DNA of 64,000 nt. It comes from Marsupella aquatica (Eukaryota; Plantae; Marchantiophyta). Where the stretch lies: NCBI GenBank assembly GCA_973895155.1, contig OZ316892.1, positions 4,796,510-4,860,509 on the forward strand, read 5' to 3'. A program made the position numbers and the translations under genes. The notes below the pieces were generated by a model, which was not told where the DNA came from, ran no database searches, and saw only the letters and a program-made list of their open reading frames with translations. The stretch's first letter is position 1. Every line of letters starts with the position of its first letter. Positions 11,543 through 25,130 of this stretch are shown one piece after another.

Positions 11543-14500
11543 CTAAAAAGCGCTCCAGCCACGCTCGGCTGTTTTCTTCTCCTGGCCTCCTGCGGAGAAA
11601 GGACCTGTACCAGCAAAGAGATCATCCCCATCATCGAAGGATCGAAACGTCCCGAGCCTCCCATTAGCACCATCACCTTTCACACTGCTGAATGAATCGA
11701 ATCTGGCAAAACTGCGGTCACTTTGGTTCCCAGCTCCAAAACTGTTCTCGAGGCGATCTTCACCAGTTCCTGGAAATGCTGGATTGTTTTGAGGGCTTGC
11801 AAACGAATCGAATCTGGTAAAGCCGTGGTCACTACCAGCTCCAGACTTTCGTGGGCTGTCAAACAAAGTGTTTCCCGTATGAGTGTTATGATTGCCTCCA
11901 AAGACTTTTGGTGATCTGTCAAAGTCTTTGGAAGAGCCAAGTGGTCCAAATCCATCATACTCTTCTGAATCTCGGAAACCATTACCACCATGACTCAGCG
12001 TTGGACTGGAAACATCGAGGACCCGACCAGGACTTGACACGTGCATTGACCCCGTGTCCAACGAATCTCCAAAGCCATGTGATGATAATCCTGTCTTGCC
12101 AAATCGAGACGTCCGGCTACCAGTCACATCCAAAGATGCCTGCACCACAAATTGTGTTAATAACTGTCGTTCCAAGTAGATCAGCCCCAAAACACAGCAC
12201 TGATTGCCACTAGACTATAAATTAAAAGCCATCAGCACCGAACATTGGTAATTGAGATATGTGACATCAGACCCTGTCCAAGGGAGACGATAAAGTCAAT
12301 CGAACATAAACAGCTGATGATAAGCTCCTGTAGGTTTCTTCAAACCTCAATTGTACTCAATGATCAGCGTATTGAGAATGTATGCGTAGAACTTCCAAAT
12401 ACCTGAGTACTGGGTGGATTGCTCTGCAGCCCCCATGATGCCCTTACACCAGAGTCCACCTCCTCATCATGACTAAAAGCCGCTGACCAAGAGACACCTC
12501 CATCGCCGAATGTATCACTGACAGAATTGTATGACGGTGAAAATTGGTCAACAATGCCAAATTTCAAGGAGAATTCCTGATTTCACATATATCTATTCCT
12601 ATCGATTTTTATACTTCCCAATCTACAGCCAATACTAAAGGTCTACTCAACAGAACTCTGCACAAAAAGCACGGGCTAAGCCTCGAAATCGAAATCTTTC
12701 ACCAGAAAATGACACGCTTCTGCTCTGTATATACCTGTTCGTGGTAGAGCTATAAGATGTAGGACCATTGAACACGTCCTCTTGTGACTCGGTCATATTG
12801 GCATATCTGCACAACCATCATTTCAGAAATTCAGACTACACCCATGATTGAGCCAAGAACCGGGACCTAAGGCTTAGTCTGATGCGTGTTGAACAAAAAG
12901 GCACGAGATCGTCGACCTTTGATTCGCCTTGCTGGCATTTGCTGTTTTGTCATGGTTGCTTTTATCAACTGCTTGAGAACTCGAAGTGGACACCTCATTT
13001 GGAGGGCTCTCAAGTCCACTCCTGCCTGATTCACTTCCAGCTCGAGGAGACGCAAAGTCGGCTGCTGCAAGCTCTTTTGGAACTTGTACAGTAGGCCCTG
13101 CTTTTGGGGATGATGCAAATCCATCATCCCCAAACGGACTGCCTTCATCCCAACTTGCAGTGGGCTTCGCTGTGGAGGCTGCGAGGTTACCCCCAGTTGC
13201 ATCATCCATGAAATCTTGAAGAGAAACAAAACCTGGTCGATGACCCCACCGAGCGAAAGGTCAAACGGTCAATACCATGACAACAGGCCAACTGCTATCA
13301 AACAATTCACGAGCAGAAGGGTCGAAATGACTGCGTATAGGCCTATGATCAATTCTAGTCATCAGTTCGTACGCCTTGCATAATTTGAGTCTCGATAAGA
13401 GAAAATGCAAGGGAAGCATAAAAAAACCTTCATCATCGAACTTATCCCAATCCTCATCCCACTCTGCAGCCTTCTCCTGAAGCCCGGGTTGCCAGCCTGC
13501 ACGAGAAGTACCAACAAGATCCATCCACATTTATCACCAAAAGTTCGCCACCCAATAAATGAGGTGAGAGTGCACTAGAAATAACAGGTAACATAAGCGA
13601 CGACAAGAACAAGTATCACGCCGGTCCGTAGGGTGTGCGTTATGAAAGTAGACGCGTCGACTCCAGCAAGGTCAGAAACCTTCGAAAGAACGAAAGGCGC
13701 TAACAATGTCCAAATCAATCATGCAATTCCATACCCATGCTCTGTGCTTCATTTCATATTCCTTAGGGCGTACAATAGATCATTTCCAACTTGCCATCTG
13801 GAGTTTGACACAAGACGCGAGTGCTAGCAAGTAATACGCTCCGACACGATTAGAAGTAATTACCAAATTGCTGCTCCGTTGGAGCTGATGCCTTCACATT
13901 TAAGCCCAGACGTTTTGCGCGCTCATTAAGGGCTTTCTTCAGCTCATCCAGATCAGAGCCTATCCGGTCAGCTTTACTCTGTTCCATCAAAATAGTTGTT
14001 ACAACATGACCAAAAGCCGCCGACATCCGCCCATCCAACCAGCATTACTGCAGTACTGAAGTGACCGACATTGGATTAAAAATATATCACAACCGAGTAA
14101 TTGTTTTAGGCTGTAATTACCTGGAGCAATCCATTGGCATCACCACCCTGCTCCATCTTGGCGATTGCATTATATAGCTCTATCTTTTTCTCCTGTCATG
14201 GTAAAATATCGGCTATTAAAGGTGACAACCACGAGAGGCCTTCGAAAATGCATATGATTGGGGACTTCTCGGAACTATAGATATTGATTTCGTGGTGTGA
14301 ACTGGAATCGTTCCAAGAGCTCGAAAAGAAATCCTGGCACGGAAATCTATGTTTTAAAACTGGTCAACGGACGTTCCTAACCGCAAGTCCTCTGTTCAAA
14401 CAAGTTCGGCGCATCACTGTTCAGTGTCAAAAAGTCAACACGCAAAATTGAGTATTCACGACTCCTAACTGCAATTGTGGCAAACCTGGATATCACGGAA

Positions 14501-17500
14501 GGCTGCTTCCTCAGCAAGCAATCGCGAATTAGATTCACCAGCAGCCTTGAATCTCTCATCATATTTCTTCGCTAGTGATTCCATCTGCAATTGAAGAACC
14601 ACATAAACAATCACTGAGGCATCCTACGCATGATAGTTGAAGAACACAAAAGTACAGTGTCTGATCAGCCCATGGAAAAACGCTACAATGCAAATTCGTA
14701 GCTAAAATTGTCTGGAATGAAATGAAGAGGCAGTCATCCAATTGGAAATATTTCTATATAATTGCATCTATCTTATAATACTCTTCCCCCAAATTCCTTT
14801 TGGTCTGGAATTGTGATGTCATATCCAACCAGGGGTATAAAATGCAACCTACCTCACGCTTATCAGCAGATGCCCTCTCGGTAATTTCCCCAAGCCGGTT
14901 TTCACATCTGCTTTTGAACAATATCTGGAGACATATGGACGTTAGAAAATCTCAAAGTCTGATGCCAACTGACTGAGAACTCATAAAAAATGACTAATAA
15001 ACAAGTACGTATGGAACTATAGAATCATATAGAGCACGGGTTCAAGAAGCCCATGATGCTCACAATCTCTTGCAACTTTGTGCGGTAAAACTCAGCCTTC
15101 TCCTTGTAGTCCATAATCTCCTTGTCTAATTCATAGGCCTGCCACATAACGATCCAGACAGACGGTCCTTTGCCGTCATTACGCTTCACCAGGAAAAAGA
15201 AAATCGCTGCATCTATAATCCTTAGAAAACTCTTGGCTATATGATGGCCATGATTAGCATGAAGAAATTTAATCTGGAAAACATGCTTGTCACCCAACCC
15301 TTTATGACTGGGCCATAGCATGTTGCACTAAATTATTAAACATTGTATCTTTCCGTCTCTGAGTAGCCTTTTGACCCTAGCCTCATTATCCCCAGGTCTA
15401 GAATCCCTCAAACGCTTATCCCCCACAGAGAAAACAGTGCCAATTTTATCAACAGCAGATTGTGCTCATAGTGTATCCGTGAGTTGCGAAGGTTGACTTA
15501 GACCATACTTGGAATTCTCAACTCTCGAGAGAAAAATGTTACACCTTCACTAATGACATCAAAGAGGGGAGGGTACTGCAGAAGACCTATGTTCTATCAC
15601 CATCAACACAAACAGGTCGAAACAATATGTGTTCTAAGAAGAACCACTGCTCTCTAGAGTTACACTTTCCCTGGTTGGTTAGGCTCGAAATGCAAGCTTT
15701 TCCTCCAAGACAGCAAACACCAATCCATTTCAATCTTCTTTGTGTTTTAGCGAAAACTGTAGTATCGACTCTTTGATCATGGATTCCAGATCCTGAAAAG
15801 AGAAACCAGCTGAACGTTTACATGCAATAACCTTTATTTTATTCATTCTCAAGGTTCCGTAGCTGACCAACCATAAGATCCTTCTTGGCAAGCTCTTATA
15901 ATCTATGGGGAAAAGCAAACATAATACGCTCTTCTTAGTAGTTTAGTTTGTAACCTGTTTTTTTTTACTGCTTAAACATTTAATTATCATTCTGCAGTTA
16001 TCTGTTTTTAGTACTTGCCTTCGATATTTACTGTACTTTGCCTAGTTGCCTCACTGGGGAGACCCTTTGAAATTGAATCAATTTAATAGTTCCCAGTGAA
16101 ACACAAAGAAACCTATCACAACCAAAATCAAAAGAGATCCAGGCTCACAGCACAGACGTCACATACATTCAAGATAGCATTGAGGACTCTATTTTGAGGA
16201 CAGCCTCAAACTTCAAAAACTTACAGATTTGAGCTAACCCTTCGCCAAACCATCAAAGAAAACGCTAAAGCCAAGTTCTACCAAACATCTGGTCTTCGAA
16301 CAGAGGACCGTTCTTTACCTTTTTTTCTGCCACTTCAGCATCCTTGTGTCTTGACTTCAAAGTATCCTGCTCATCTCTAGACAGTTGATTTACTAAATGT
16401 GGCTCCAAGATGGGAGCCTTGGATTTAAACTGTGCAGCCTGTAGAGGATCACCAACACCACCTGCAGAATTTGGCATTTGTGATGTTGTGGCACGATCGG
16501 CTCCTACAGGCGGCATCGGTCGGGGAAAACCTGCGTTGTTCGGCTGCAAACCACCTGAGTCAAGCACATGACAAGTATGAATAATGGTTGCAAAACGAAT
16601 ATCATGGGATCCAAGAGCAGGAACTTAGAATGAGCAAATACGAAGGTGTTGTCAACAAATTTCTCTCAAGATAATCCAACGCTCGGAAGGTCACAAGTTC
16701 CTAGCTTAACCCATAATCAACACAAATAAAATCCTTAGTAAGTCCTTCACTAGGTCCACACCGAAACTGAAACCAATAAATCAAAGTACTGATACTCTGC
16801 CAGAATAGCACGGAAACCCAGCCACAGTACTTCCGAAGAGTATTTGCAAATTATACTCAGTTAATTTATAGAGATCCACTAGAAAAAAACGGATATCCCT
16901 TCCTGAGTTTACAGGCAGTTGAAAAAATTATACACCTGCATTCTGTTGCCAACTGGGGGCATTGTAGCGAGGTTCATTGTTCTGTAGAGTAGTGCGACCC
17001 TGCTGGGTTGGAGCTCCTGGTTGATAAGTTTCAGTCTGCTTGTCATCAGCAAATATGCCTGGAGGAAGTACAGGGGGCAATGGTCTGCCTTCTCGATACC
17101 TTTCCATAAGATAGAGGGCGGTACAAAACTCTCGCATGGACAGCATACTATCTCCATCCTGATCAGATAGATCCCATACCTGCTTCAAAACCTCTGCAGA
17201 TAATTGAGATTTGGTGAGCTTTCCAATTTCTAAAGGTGAGTATCTCCACTCAAAGGGCCCCCAATCCATATAATAGGGCCATAAGCCTTGTCTACTGGTA
17301 TCTCCAGATAGGCCAGGCTTATAACATCTCCAATCGTAGAGAGCACAGAGGAACTTGCATTCGATCACTTCAGATATGCTTTCATTTATGATCAAGGCAG
17401 AAGGAATGCTCTTCACAATCAGGGTCATTCTCAGCAATTTTATCGTTCCACTGGAACAAGTAATACTTTCTAGCAGTCACTCTAAACAGACAGCAACATT

Positions 17501-18976
17501 AAAGCCATAATTGTACCTCTAGGAAGGCGCCAACTCAAGAAAAGATCTCGAGCCTGCTCGCCTGTAATTCTCCCATCTCTGTCTGAATCAACCTCTGCAA
17601 ACACTTTGGTGTAACGTTGCATATCGGAGGGTGTCATCCGGGGCCAGGGAGCTCCCAATCCCACACCCACAGGTGGAGGAGCACCGAACCCTTGCCCAAA
17701 TCCCCCAAGAGAAGCAGACCCAACAGATCTCGCAAGTGAACCAGCTTGCTGTTGCTGAACATCTTTGCTGGCATCCCGTGAAGGTACACCCGTTGGGACT
17801 AGCGCCCTTGTGGTAGGCTCCGCGTGAAATCCTCCATCCCCAAAATCACCAAATCCTTGGGATGAAGCTGGAGCTGGTTTTGGAGGGACTGGCACTACTG
17901 CCTTAGCAGCAAATGGATCCCCCCCAAATGCATCAACCAACGATGAGCTTGTAAATGCGCTTGGAGTAGACTTCGGAGCACCCTCTCCACGCAAGAAATT
18001 ATCTATACCTGTTTGCCCAGCAGGTGCATCTTTCCTTCCCTGCGAAGGACCAGCCTGATAGCTAACTGCAGGAGTAGGAGCACTCACAGGAGCTTGCGGC
18101 GCAGGAGAACTCCCAGATGATGTTCTTATGGAAGGCCACGTATCTGCGACAAATCCCCCGGAAGTCCGTTGTCCCGTCGCTGATCCGGGCCTGGGAATTG
18201 GCGGAGGGGGCCCAGAGTTATTGTTGGGCAACGCAGGCGGCTGCGAAGACCAAGATCTCGGGGGAGCTCCTGAACCAGACGAGAACTGACCCTGACCCTG
18301 GAAACTCCCAGATGGAGCTTGCAGGGGTGCCGGGGCCGCCGGATAGCTAGGAGGTTGAGAGGGAGGAGTGATAATGCGGGGAGCTGGGATTTGCGCTGCT
18401 GCGGGGCCAGCCAAGGCAGCACGCACTATCTCGTTTGTGAGCTCCCTTCCGGTCTGCGCGACTGTCACGAGCTTTAAGGCATTGTAAAATTCAAGTTTCG
18501 ACAGAAAACCGGACGACCCGTGATCTGCGAACTGCCATATCTGCAAACAAAGTGAAGTCAACGATGTAGTGTTACACATTTGCACGTCCATACCATTTCT
18601 GAAAGTCTGTCTACTCAATCCCTATGGCAAATGCACTGACAATACAGCTACCGAAACTTCCGCGCGGTCCCAAAAATCTTTCAGAAAAGCTCACACAAAG
18701 CACTACACTGCATCTTCATCGATTTTTGAATCTATGGAGTGAAGGCCAGTCGATCCCGACATCATTAAACGCGTTTGAAGCACCAAATGGATACTTCTGC
18801 GATAGCACATTGATGTCGTGGCTGGAAAGGGGAGAATATACACGCACCTTTGCTAGAGTAGGTTGAGGGAGATTGGCTCCCTGGAAAAATGCGACAGCTT
18901 CCGCACCACTGACCTTGCCATCCTTGTCCAAATCAGCTCGACGAAAGTAATCCTCAAAAATAGATAGGTTTGCCAT
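11543..18976 (-). CDS. Eps15-homology (EH) domain protein, AtEH1/AtEH2 (Pan1)-like TPLATE-complex subunit; about 14 exons
   Basis: EH1: FRRADLDKDGKVSGAEAVAFFQGANLPQPTLAK|IWQFAD. EH2: FAEVDSDRDGRITGEQARDLFLSWRLPR|EVLKQVWDLSDQDGDSMLSMREFCTALYLME. Also coiled-coil exons, WDEDWDKFDDEGF and an RFDSF-repeat tail. Junctions checked at 18848/18540, 17517/17193 and 16936. Confidence 0.93.
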
Positions 18977-21571
18977 GAACGCCTCGCTTCGATTCGTCAG
19001 TCCTCCCTGACAAAAGTGAAATTAGAAAGAGATCTGACAGGATATTCTGATCACACGTCTTCGTCCGGGAGCACGCACATCGGAGAAGCAGTCTGTATAG
19101 TGCAGTGCGTCCACAATCTCTAGAGAAAAATCGCGTCCTGTTGTGTTAAGTTGACAACCCCACCAATCGGCCAATCCTCCTCCTCTACGACAATGGTACT
19201 CAATTCCGCAAACTCCTCGGTGCAATCCAGCGCTTCTTCAGATCTCGCACAAACTCTGTCTCGCATTGTGTTTTATCAATCAGTTACCGGGAAACTCGTT
19301 CTTCGAGTTAGGTCCGAAGCACACCCTCACCAAGATCGATGCCTCCTCCGACAGCAAGCGAGCATCCCCCACACAGAAGCAGCGATCTCCAACTGCGTCT
19401 CCACCGACCAAACTTTAGGGCTCATCTCGCAGGGCAGCGCTCCGCACAGAAATCAAACAGGCGGACCCGATCTGGAGCGTTCCAGCAGAGCACTCCCTCA
19501 CTCCATCTCTCTATCCCGCACTCCCTCCCTACTAACTTTCCTCCACACTTTCACAACAACAACCCCAGCCAGCGATCACAGCAATCAGTCGTTGGTCGGT
19601 GCCATAAGCTCAAGCTTACAGCAGAACATAGAAAATCCGTTCCACACACAGCACCCAGGCACTCGATTAGCAGAGCAATATCCGTTCCACGCAAAAAACA
19701 CGAAGGAATCGATTGGAACAGAGAAATCACTCCGTTTCCACACAAAGCACCGAGGAATCGACAGAGGAATCAATCAGTTCGTTCCGCAACGCGCACGCAG
19801 GAATCGATAGGGGGGGACAGGTCCGACTGATGAAGAACATGATCCACCTTCCGGGAACGGCACGGCATGGCACGGCGCTGATCTGTACTCTGTTCGGCGA
19901 TGGCGGGGACAGACCGAGAGCAGTGGAGAATGATGGCAAGGGAAGCGAACGAGCGAGACAGAGAGAGCCCGGAGCTCTGTCTCAATGCGAGACAGAGGAG
20001 ACGAGGAAGTTCTTCGAACAACGGAACGAAACAACCCAACAAAAATAATTTGGCAGATTGGCAGAACCAAGGACCGGCTGGATTCGACGGTGCCGACGGC
20101 GCTTCCACTTTCCAGTCAATATTGACTAATAATAGCAATAAAACGCATGGCCAAGATGTCTCCCGAGACTGAGTTCCTCTGGGAAGCCGTCGGATAAGAG
20201 TTAAATGTTGAGGAGAAAATGTCGCAGGCGAATAATAATGCGACGGTGCAAAGGCTTTCCGCATGGCTGAGATGTCTACCGCGACGGCGTTTATCAGGTG
20301 AGCCGTTTGATCAGGAAAACAATTTGATGGGAAAAGCTCCGCACCGTCGGGTACTGGACTGTGATTGCATTTGTCCGACCGTCAGGTAATAATAATGGAT
20401 GCGACCAGTGAATAGATAGGCCTGGCCGTGTGTGACCTCCCTTTCTGCTAATCCACACAATAATGGAAACTTTCCATTTGCCTCCCTTTTTCACCCCTTA
20501 CAAGTGTTTCCTATTTGTGCCAATTTTCAGGTAATTCTTGTCAGGAAAAAACTTTTTTATTAGGTGTCACCATTTACATAACCTTGTGTCCAGAAAATCT
20601 TGCCCAGTAATCTTTTTCCAGACATATATTACATATGATAATGACTGTTTGGGCTGGGGTTACTGTCTGAAACATATTTCCACAAAGCTTAGAAAAATTT
20701 CCCGGCTACCACCAGGTCAGCATTTCCTCACTTTTTGGTCACATGGTTACAAACCTCACTTTCTGGTCACAGGGTTATAGACCAGTAACCCTAGACCAAA
20801 CCGTCATTACCCTATACATATTTGTGACCAGGTGAAGGGTTTTTGAATGATGTTGAGAAGTAGATTTCAACAAATTAATATATAGTGAAATATTCGCCAA
20901 AGATGATGCTCCAGATTTTACTGCACATAGATCTAATGGTCATTATTTTTGCTAAGCCCAGATTTCTAACTCACTACAAGTGCAACCTACCCAAAAATAC
21001 AAACTTAACGGTGCCTCTTACCTACTTCCTTGGAAAGAAGGCAGTCCATCCTACGTGTACGCTTCCACCCTGTTGCCCTCTAAGAAAGTAAAACACCAGT
21101 GAACTACACCCCTCACCATTATTAGTCTTTGTTAATATCAAATTAGTGTTACTAACAATGAGAGCCGGGGAATAGGGTTTATTCAGACAGATTCATGGAT
21201 GCTAGACCAAGGTTCATGTGGAACCTGAGTAACCACCTCCCTTCCAGTGGAACAAAGCATTGTTTAAAATGCCTGTTTATTTTAAAGGTGGCACAAATTC
21301 ATGAATGCAGCCCTCACAGGTCCGCTATGGAAATCAGTAGGAAACAATGTGCAAGTAAAAATAAGAGTATTTGAATGATGTTTGTAAAAAAATGTTAGAA
21401 ATGTAGGAGATAAGAGAAGGTAGTGTAGACTCATATATTAAGTATGTTATGCAAGAAGTAAGAATCCATAGCCAAGTTCTCCAAATGTAGATTGATCTTC
21501 CATTACCCCATTGGGACTTATATTCTTTGGGGTTACAAGTGTGGTAGTTATTGTAACTACCTTGAGTACCT

Positions 21572-22629
21572 TGTCGTGCGCATACACATCGCTACACAAC
21601 ATACATCGCTTGTCACATACATCCAGACATAGTCACACTGCCACATCACAAACACAAGAGAATGAAATATAAGTGGAACTCATGTCCACACATGTCGAAA
21701 ACCCACAATAATCTTCAATAGAAACCAGCGCACAACGATCACGGTCAACAATACCCCATCGATCCCGCACCGATCCGATCACACACGTATGTCAAGCCAA
21801 CGCACCTTGCACTACTCAAGGAATTCACGTTACACAAACGGAGCTCACAGCCACCATAGCCACACTCACACTCCTCTCTCTCCAAGGCTCAACATTGAAA
21901 GATGACCTTTCAATGCCTCACAAGAGAGAAGTACCCTCTCACTCAAACCTAATGGAACCTTATAGGCTCATATAACACACATACCAAACATACGGATCTA
22001 GATAGTACGATACACTAACACTACCTAGAATGGTGTGACAACCTAACTAGGGTTTAATGTTAACCTAACCTTTGGGGTTCAACAAAGTACATTTTCTATT
22101 AGAATTTTCTTTAAGTAAATAGGTCATGCAACATTGCACCGGCCAATTGGGGTCCATTCACGGGATGATCTTCGTCCAGCCATGTGTTGAGCATAGACGA
22201 CAGTTGCAACGGTAAGCACATGACACATCCAACACGCAAGTAGTCGACACAAGAGATACGTGGTTCATCTCCTCGAGGCTACGTCCACGGGAACACACAA
22301 GAGAGCTTTACTGAACTCTAAGTCTGTCGGCCATACCAAATCTCCACAGTGTAAGCTCTCCTCATCTCTCAAGTGGCTCTATAACAATGAGCCTTAGTTT
22401 CACTTATCCAAACAAACACAACTTGGCATATAGTGTGCATCCTAGTTAACCTAACCACGTCTCCGACTATGGTTAGGCTAACTACGGTTACATGTCATAA
22501 CCCTAGACCTTGAGTAAATACCTAACACCATGGAGCCTCTCAATCTATTTCCTTAGGGGAGTCTAAGCCGGTTGATTCATCATGTTGTGCTTGAACAAAG
22601 TTGTGTAGCTTTGCGCATATAGTATGACA
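21572..22629. mobile_element. Probable solo LTR (TGTC...GACA) hosting a nested solo LTR
   Basis: Ends TGTCGT/ATGACA and LTR-like composition. Flanks ACCT/ACAT give only an imperfect TSD. Confidence 0.5.
22185..22527. mobile_element. Copia-like solo LTR, 343 bp
   Basis: TGTT...AACA ends with a perfect 5-bp TSD CCATG (22180-22184 and 22528-22532). Internal TACGTGGTTC...CTACGTCCAC motif. Confidence 0.85.
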
Positions 22630-22639
22630 ACATTTGTTT

Positions 22640-23400
22640 AGATCCAACTTTTGAGAAAAGATATTTTCAGTGTTTTCACAGGAATCATTCTTAGTACAAT
22701 ATCTCCACAATCAACCCACAACCTCTGTTGAGTCCCGCAGGTCTCCTCCTTGCTAAACATCATATTGACCCTCCAATATATGTATGGGCTGCTCTGGCTC
22801 TTCACTTGGTTCAGCATCATCTGAAGATGAAGTTCCAAATTCTTTTGCACGTGCAACTGAAGTTGCTATTGGAGCATCAAGATCAAGTCCAACCCTACTT
22901 CCATCAAAATTCTCTCCATATTTGCATATGATAATGTGCAGCTCAAGATTAAGTTGATCCTTAAACCACACACCATTCGCATTGAGAGACAAACCAGTTC
23001 TGATCATTGACTTTTGTGCATAAGACACATGTTTGTCAACTAAATTGTTCACCTCAGCTACAGAGTCACTTGCCAATTTTAGAAACCAATGCTTGCCTGG
23101 ATTGAGCAATTTACCAGAAGTACCCTCTATCCCAATCCCCACCCATTGTCCAGCAAGCAGCATATCTGCCTTTTCCCTTCCCACCTCTTTGTCCGGGCAT
23201 TTTTAATTTTTGAAATCACAAAATAATCACATGGTTAGCAAACATAAGTTGAATTTGTTGGAAGATACTTAATTTCTGTGATAATCTCATCCAAAGGTGC
23301 CAACACTCCTGGTGTTTGGTTGTTTCCATTGTAATTGTCCAGCCATTGAACCTTAACTCTCCCTTGATTATCTGGTTTGTTTGCTCTTCATTCAGGAACA
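22640..23400 (-). pseudogene. pogo/Tc1-mariner-type DDE_1 transposase remnant
   Basis: QWLDNYNGN...IKYLPTNSTYVC*PCDYFVISKLK (DDE_1 DN...LPxNxT...QPxD), then NPGKHWFLKLA...SYAQKSMIRTGLSL. Stops and frameshifts present. Confidence 0.75.
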
Positions 23401-24084
23401 ACAGAGAAATCTAACAGTGATTGTTCTGGCATCCTCAAGACAAGAACTTGAATGGCTTTCAAGAACAAGACATATTTGCAACAAAGGAAAGATAAGGAGA
23501 AAAAGCATGTCATGGAGCACATTACCAGTGGCAACAATTACATTCTGAAGCTATTCTTGTGAATATCTAATGAAAATTCTTGCTTAGTGTATTACTTGAC
23601 ATTTTGGGTTTTAAAATTATTTTAATAATTTCATTTTTATTCCACATGATCCCCGCGGATGGGGAGAGCCAGCAGGCTATAAAGGCATAGTACCTGGTAA
23701 GGCAAAGAGGCCAATAAAACCAGAAAGGAAAGCAAAAGAAGCGGTCGGCATGATTGTCCGTCCCACCAACACCAGCGGGAAGCATGCCATTGTCACATAC
23801 TCTCAGCCCAGAAAAACCAACACGGGTATTCAGCATAGGTTATCCAATAACATCTACCATAGTGATAGGGTTTGTCATCTTGTTAGTCAAGCAAGAGACC
23901 TATCAACACAAGGAGGAGCATGGCAACATTGTGTGTTGGGGTACAAATATTCCCAGATCTGTCTAACAGCCAAGATTTTTGGGCCAAAAGCAACAAGTGT
24001 CGATCACTATTCTCTGTGTACCTAAATCAGCCTAAGAGAAGTAACGAATGTTCATAAAAGGCACCTTCTCCGGCTCATAAAAGT

Positions 24085-24315
24085 CTCATATGCGTACTCC
24101 CAGGAGCATGGTTGCTCCAACAGCAGTTAGATGATCCAAAGTTTCAAACAAAATTGATTGTTGATTAAAAAGATGGGGTTTAGATGGATCAAAGACTTGC
24201 CCATTCCATGCCAACCATACATTCCACAGTACCTAGTGATCAGAAACAGCCTTAGTGTGTGATGGTGCCTGGATCTCTGAAGGTTGAGCAGTAAGCCAAC
24301 CAGCTTTTGTCATTT
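24085..24315 (-). pseudogene. LINE ORF2 C-terminal fragment
   Basis: VLWNVWLAWNGQVFD...ILFETLDHLTAVGA is similar to VLWHLWNARNVQVFE...IISEIMNHITAVSA in the 32113-32874 ORF. Confidence 0.6.
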
Positions 24316-24574
24316 TAAACTAGGGGTGACAATAAATAGTCACAACCAGGGCTTACACAATAAATAGTATGTATGATACTAATTTTGGTTGATACTAATT
24401 ATTGTAAAGAGTGCAGCTACAGAACCTTGGACATAAGTTGACACCTTCAATGTGTTTTTGCTGGTTATAGCCTGAGGTTCCTTCGGACGTCTTTCTGGGC
24501 TTCTTTGCAACAACTATGAAGTCGTTGTCTAGGCCCGTGATTGTTTAATACATTCACACAGCATCCGTATAAAA

Positions 24575-25130
24575 ATACTGCCACCCCAGTTATTCTGTAG
24601 TTAGACTCAGTATAATGTTTATCAATTGCTTCACGTTCGTGATAAGATAGTCTTTCGTTCATCGGCCATTCCATAGAAGTGATAAGATAGTCTTTCGTTC
24701 ATCGGCCATTCCATAGAAGTGATCACATTCTCTATAACTGAGTAGTAATTACTAATTTGAAAGGTCCATTGGCACACCCCTGGTGGTGCATCGACAGGGT
24801 TCTATAATTATATTCAGTATAATTTCTGTCAATTGCTTCAAGCACGTGATAAGATACACTCTTTTTCCTCTGTCGTTCTATAGAAATGATCACATTCTAT
24901 AGAACTGAATTGTAATTGCTACTTTCAAAGGCCCATAGAACACCCCTGGTGGCATCAACAGCGTCGCAATTGTGCGAGGGTGAAAGTAGTCCGTAGCTGT
25001 GACTTTGAGATATGCGCCAGAAACGGCTTGGGTGAGGTAGGACGGAAATGCACCGGTAATGCTTCAGAGACCAGGGACATTAGGACACCCCTGGTGGTGC
25101 ATAAACAGGGCTGCAATTGTGCAGGGCGAA
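24575..25130. repeat. Nested tandem repeats: 40-bp exact duplication plus about 150-190-bp degenerate units
   Basis: GTGATAAGATAGTCTTTCGTTCATCGGCCATTCCATAGAA x2 (24639-24718). CACCCCTGGTGG near 24775, 24941 and 25086. Confidence 0.8.

Noticed and set aside
19151-20264. Several overlapping 100-220-aa ORFs
   Set aside because: They overlap the GC-richer 5' UTR and promoter of the EH gene and show no domain features.
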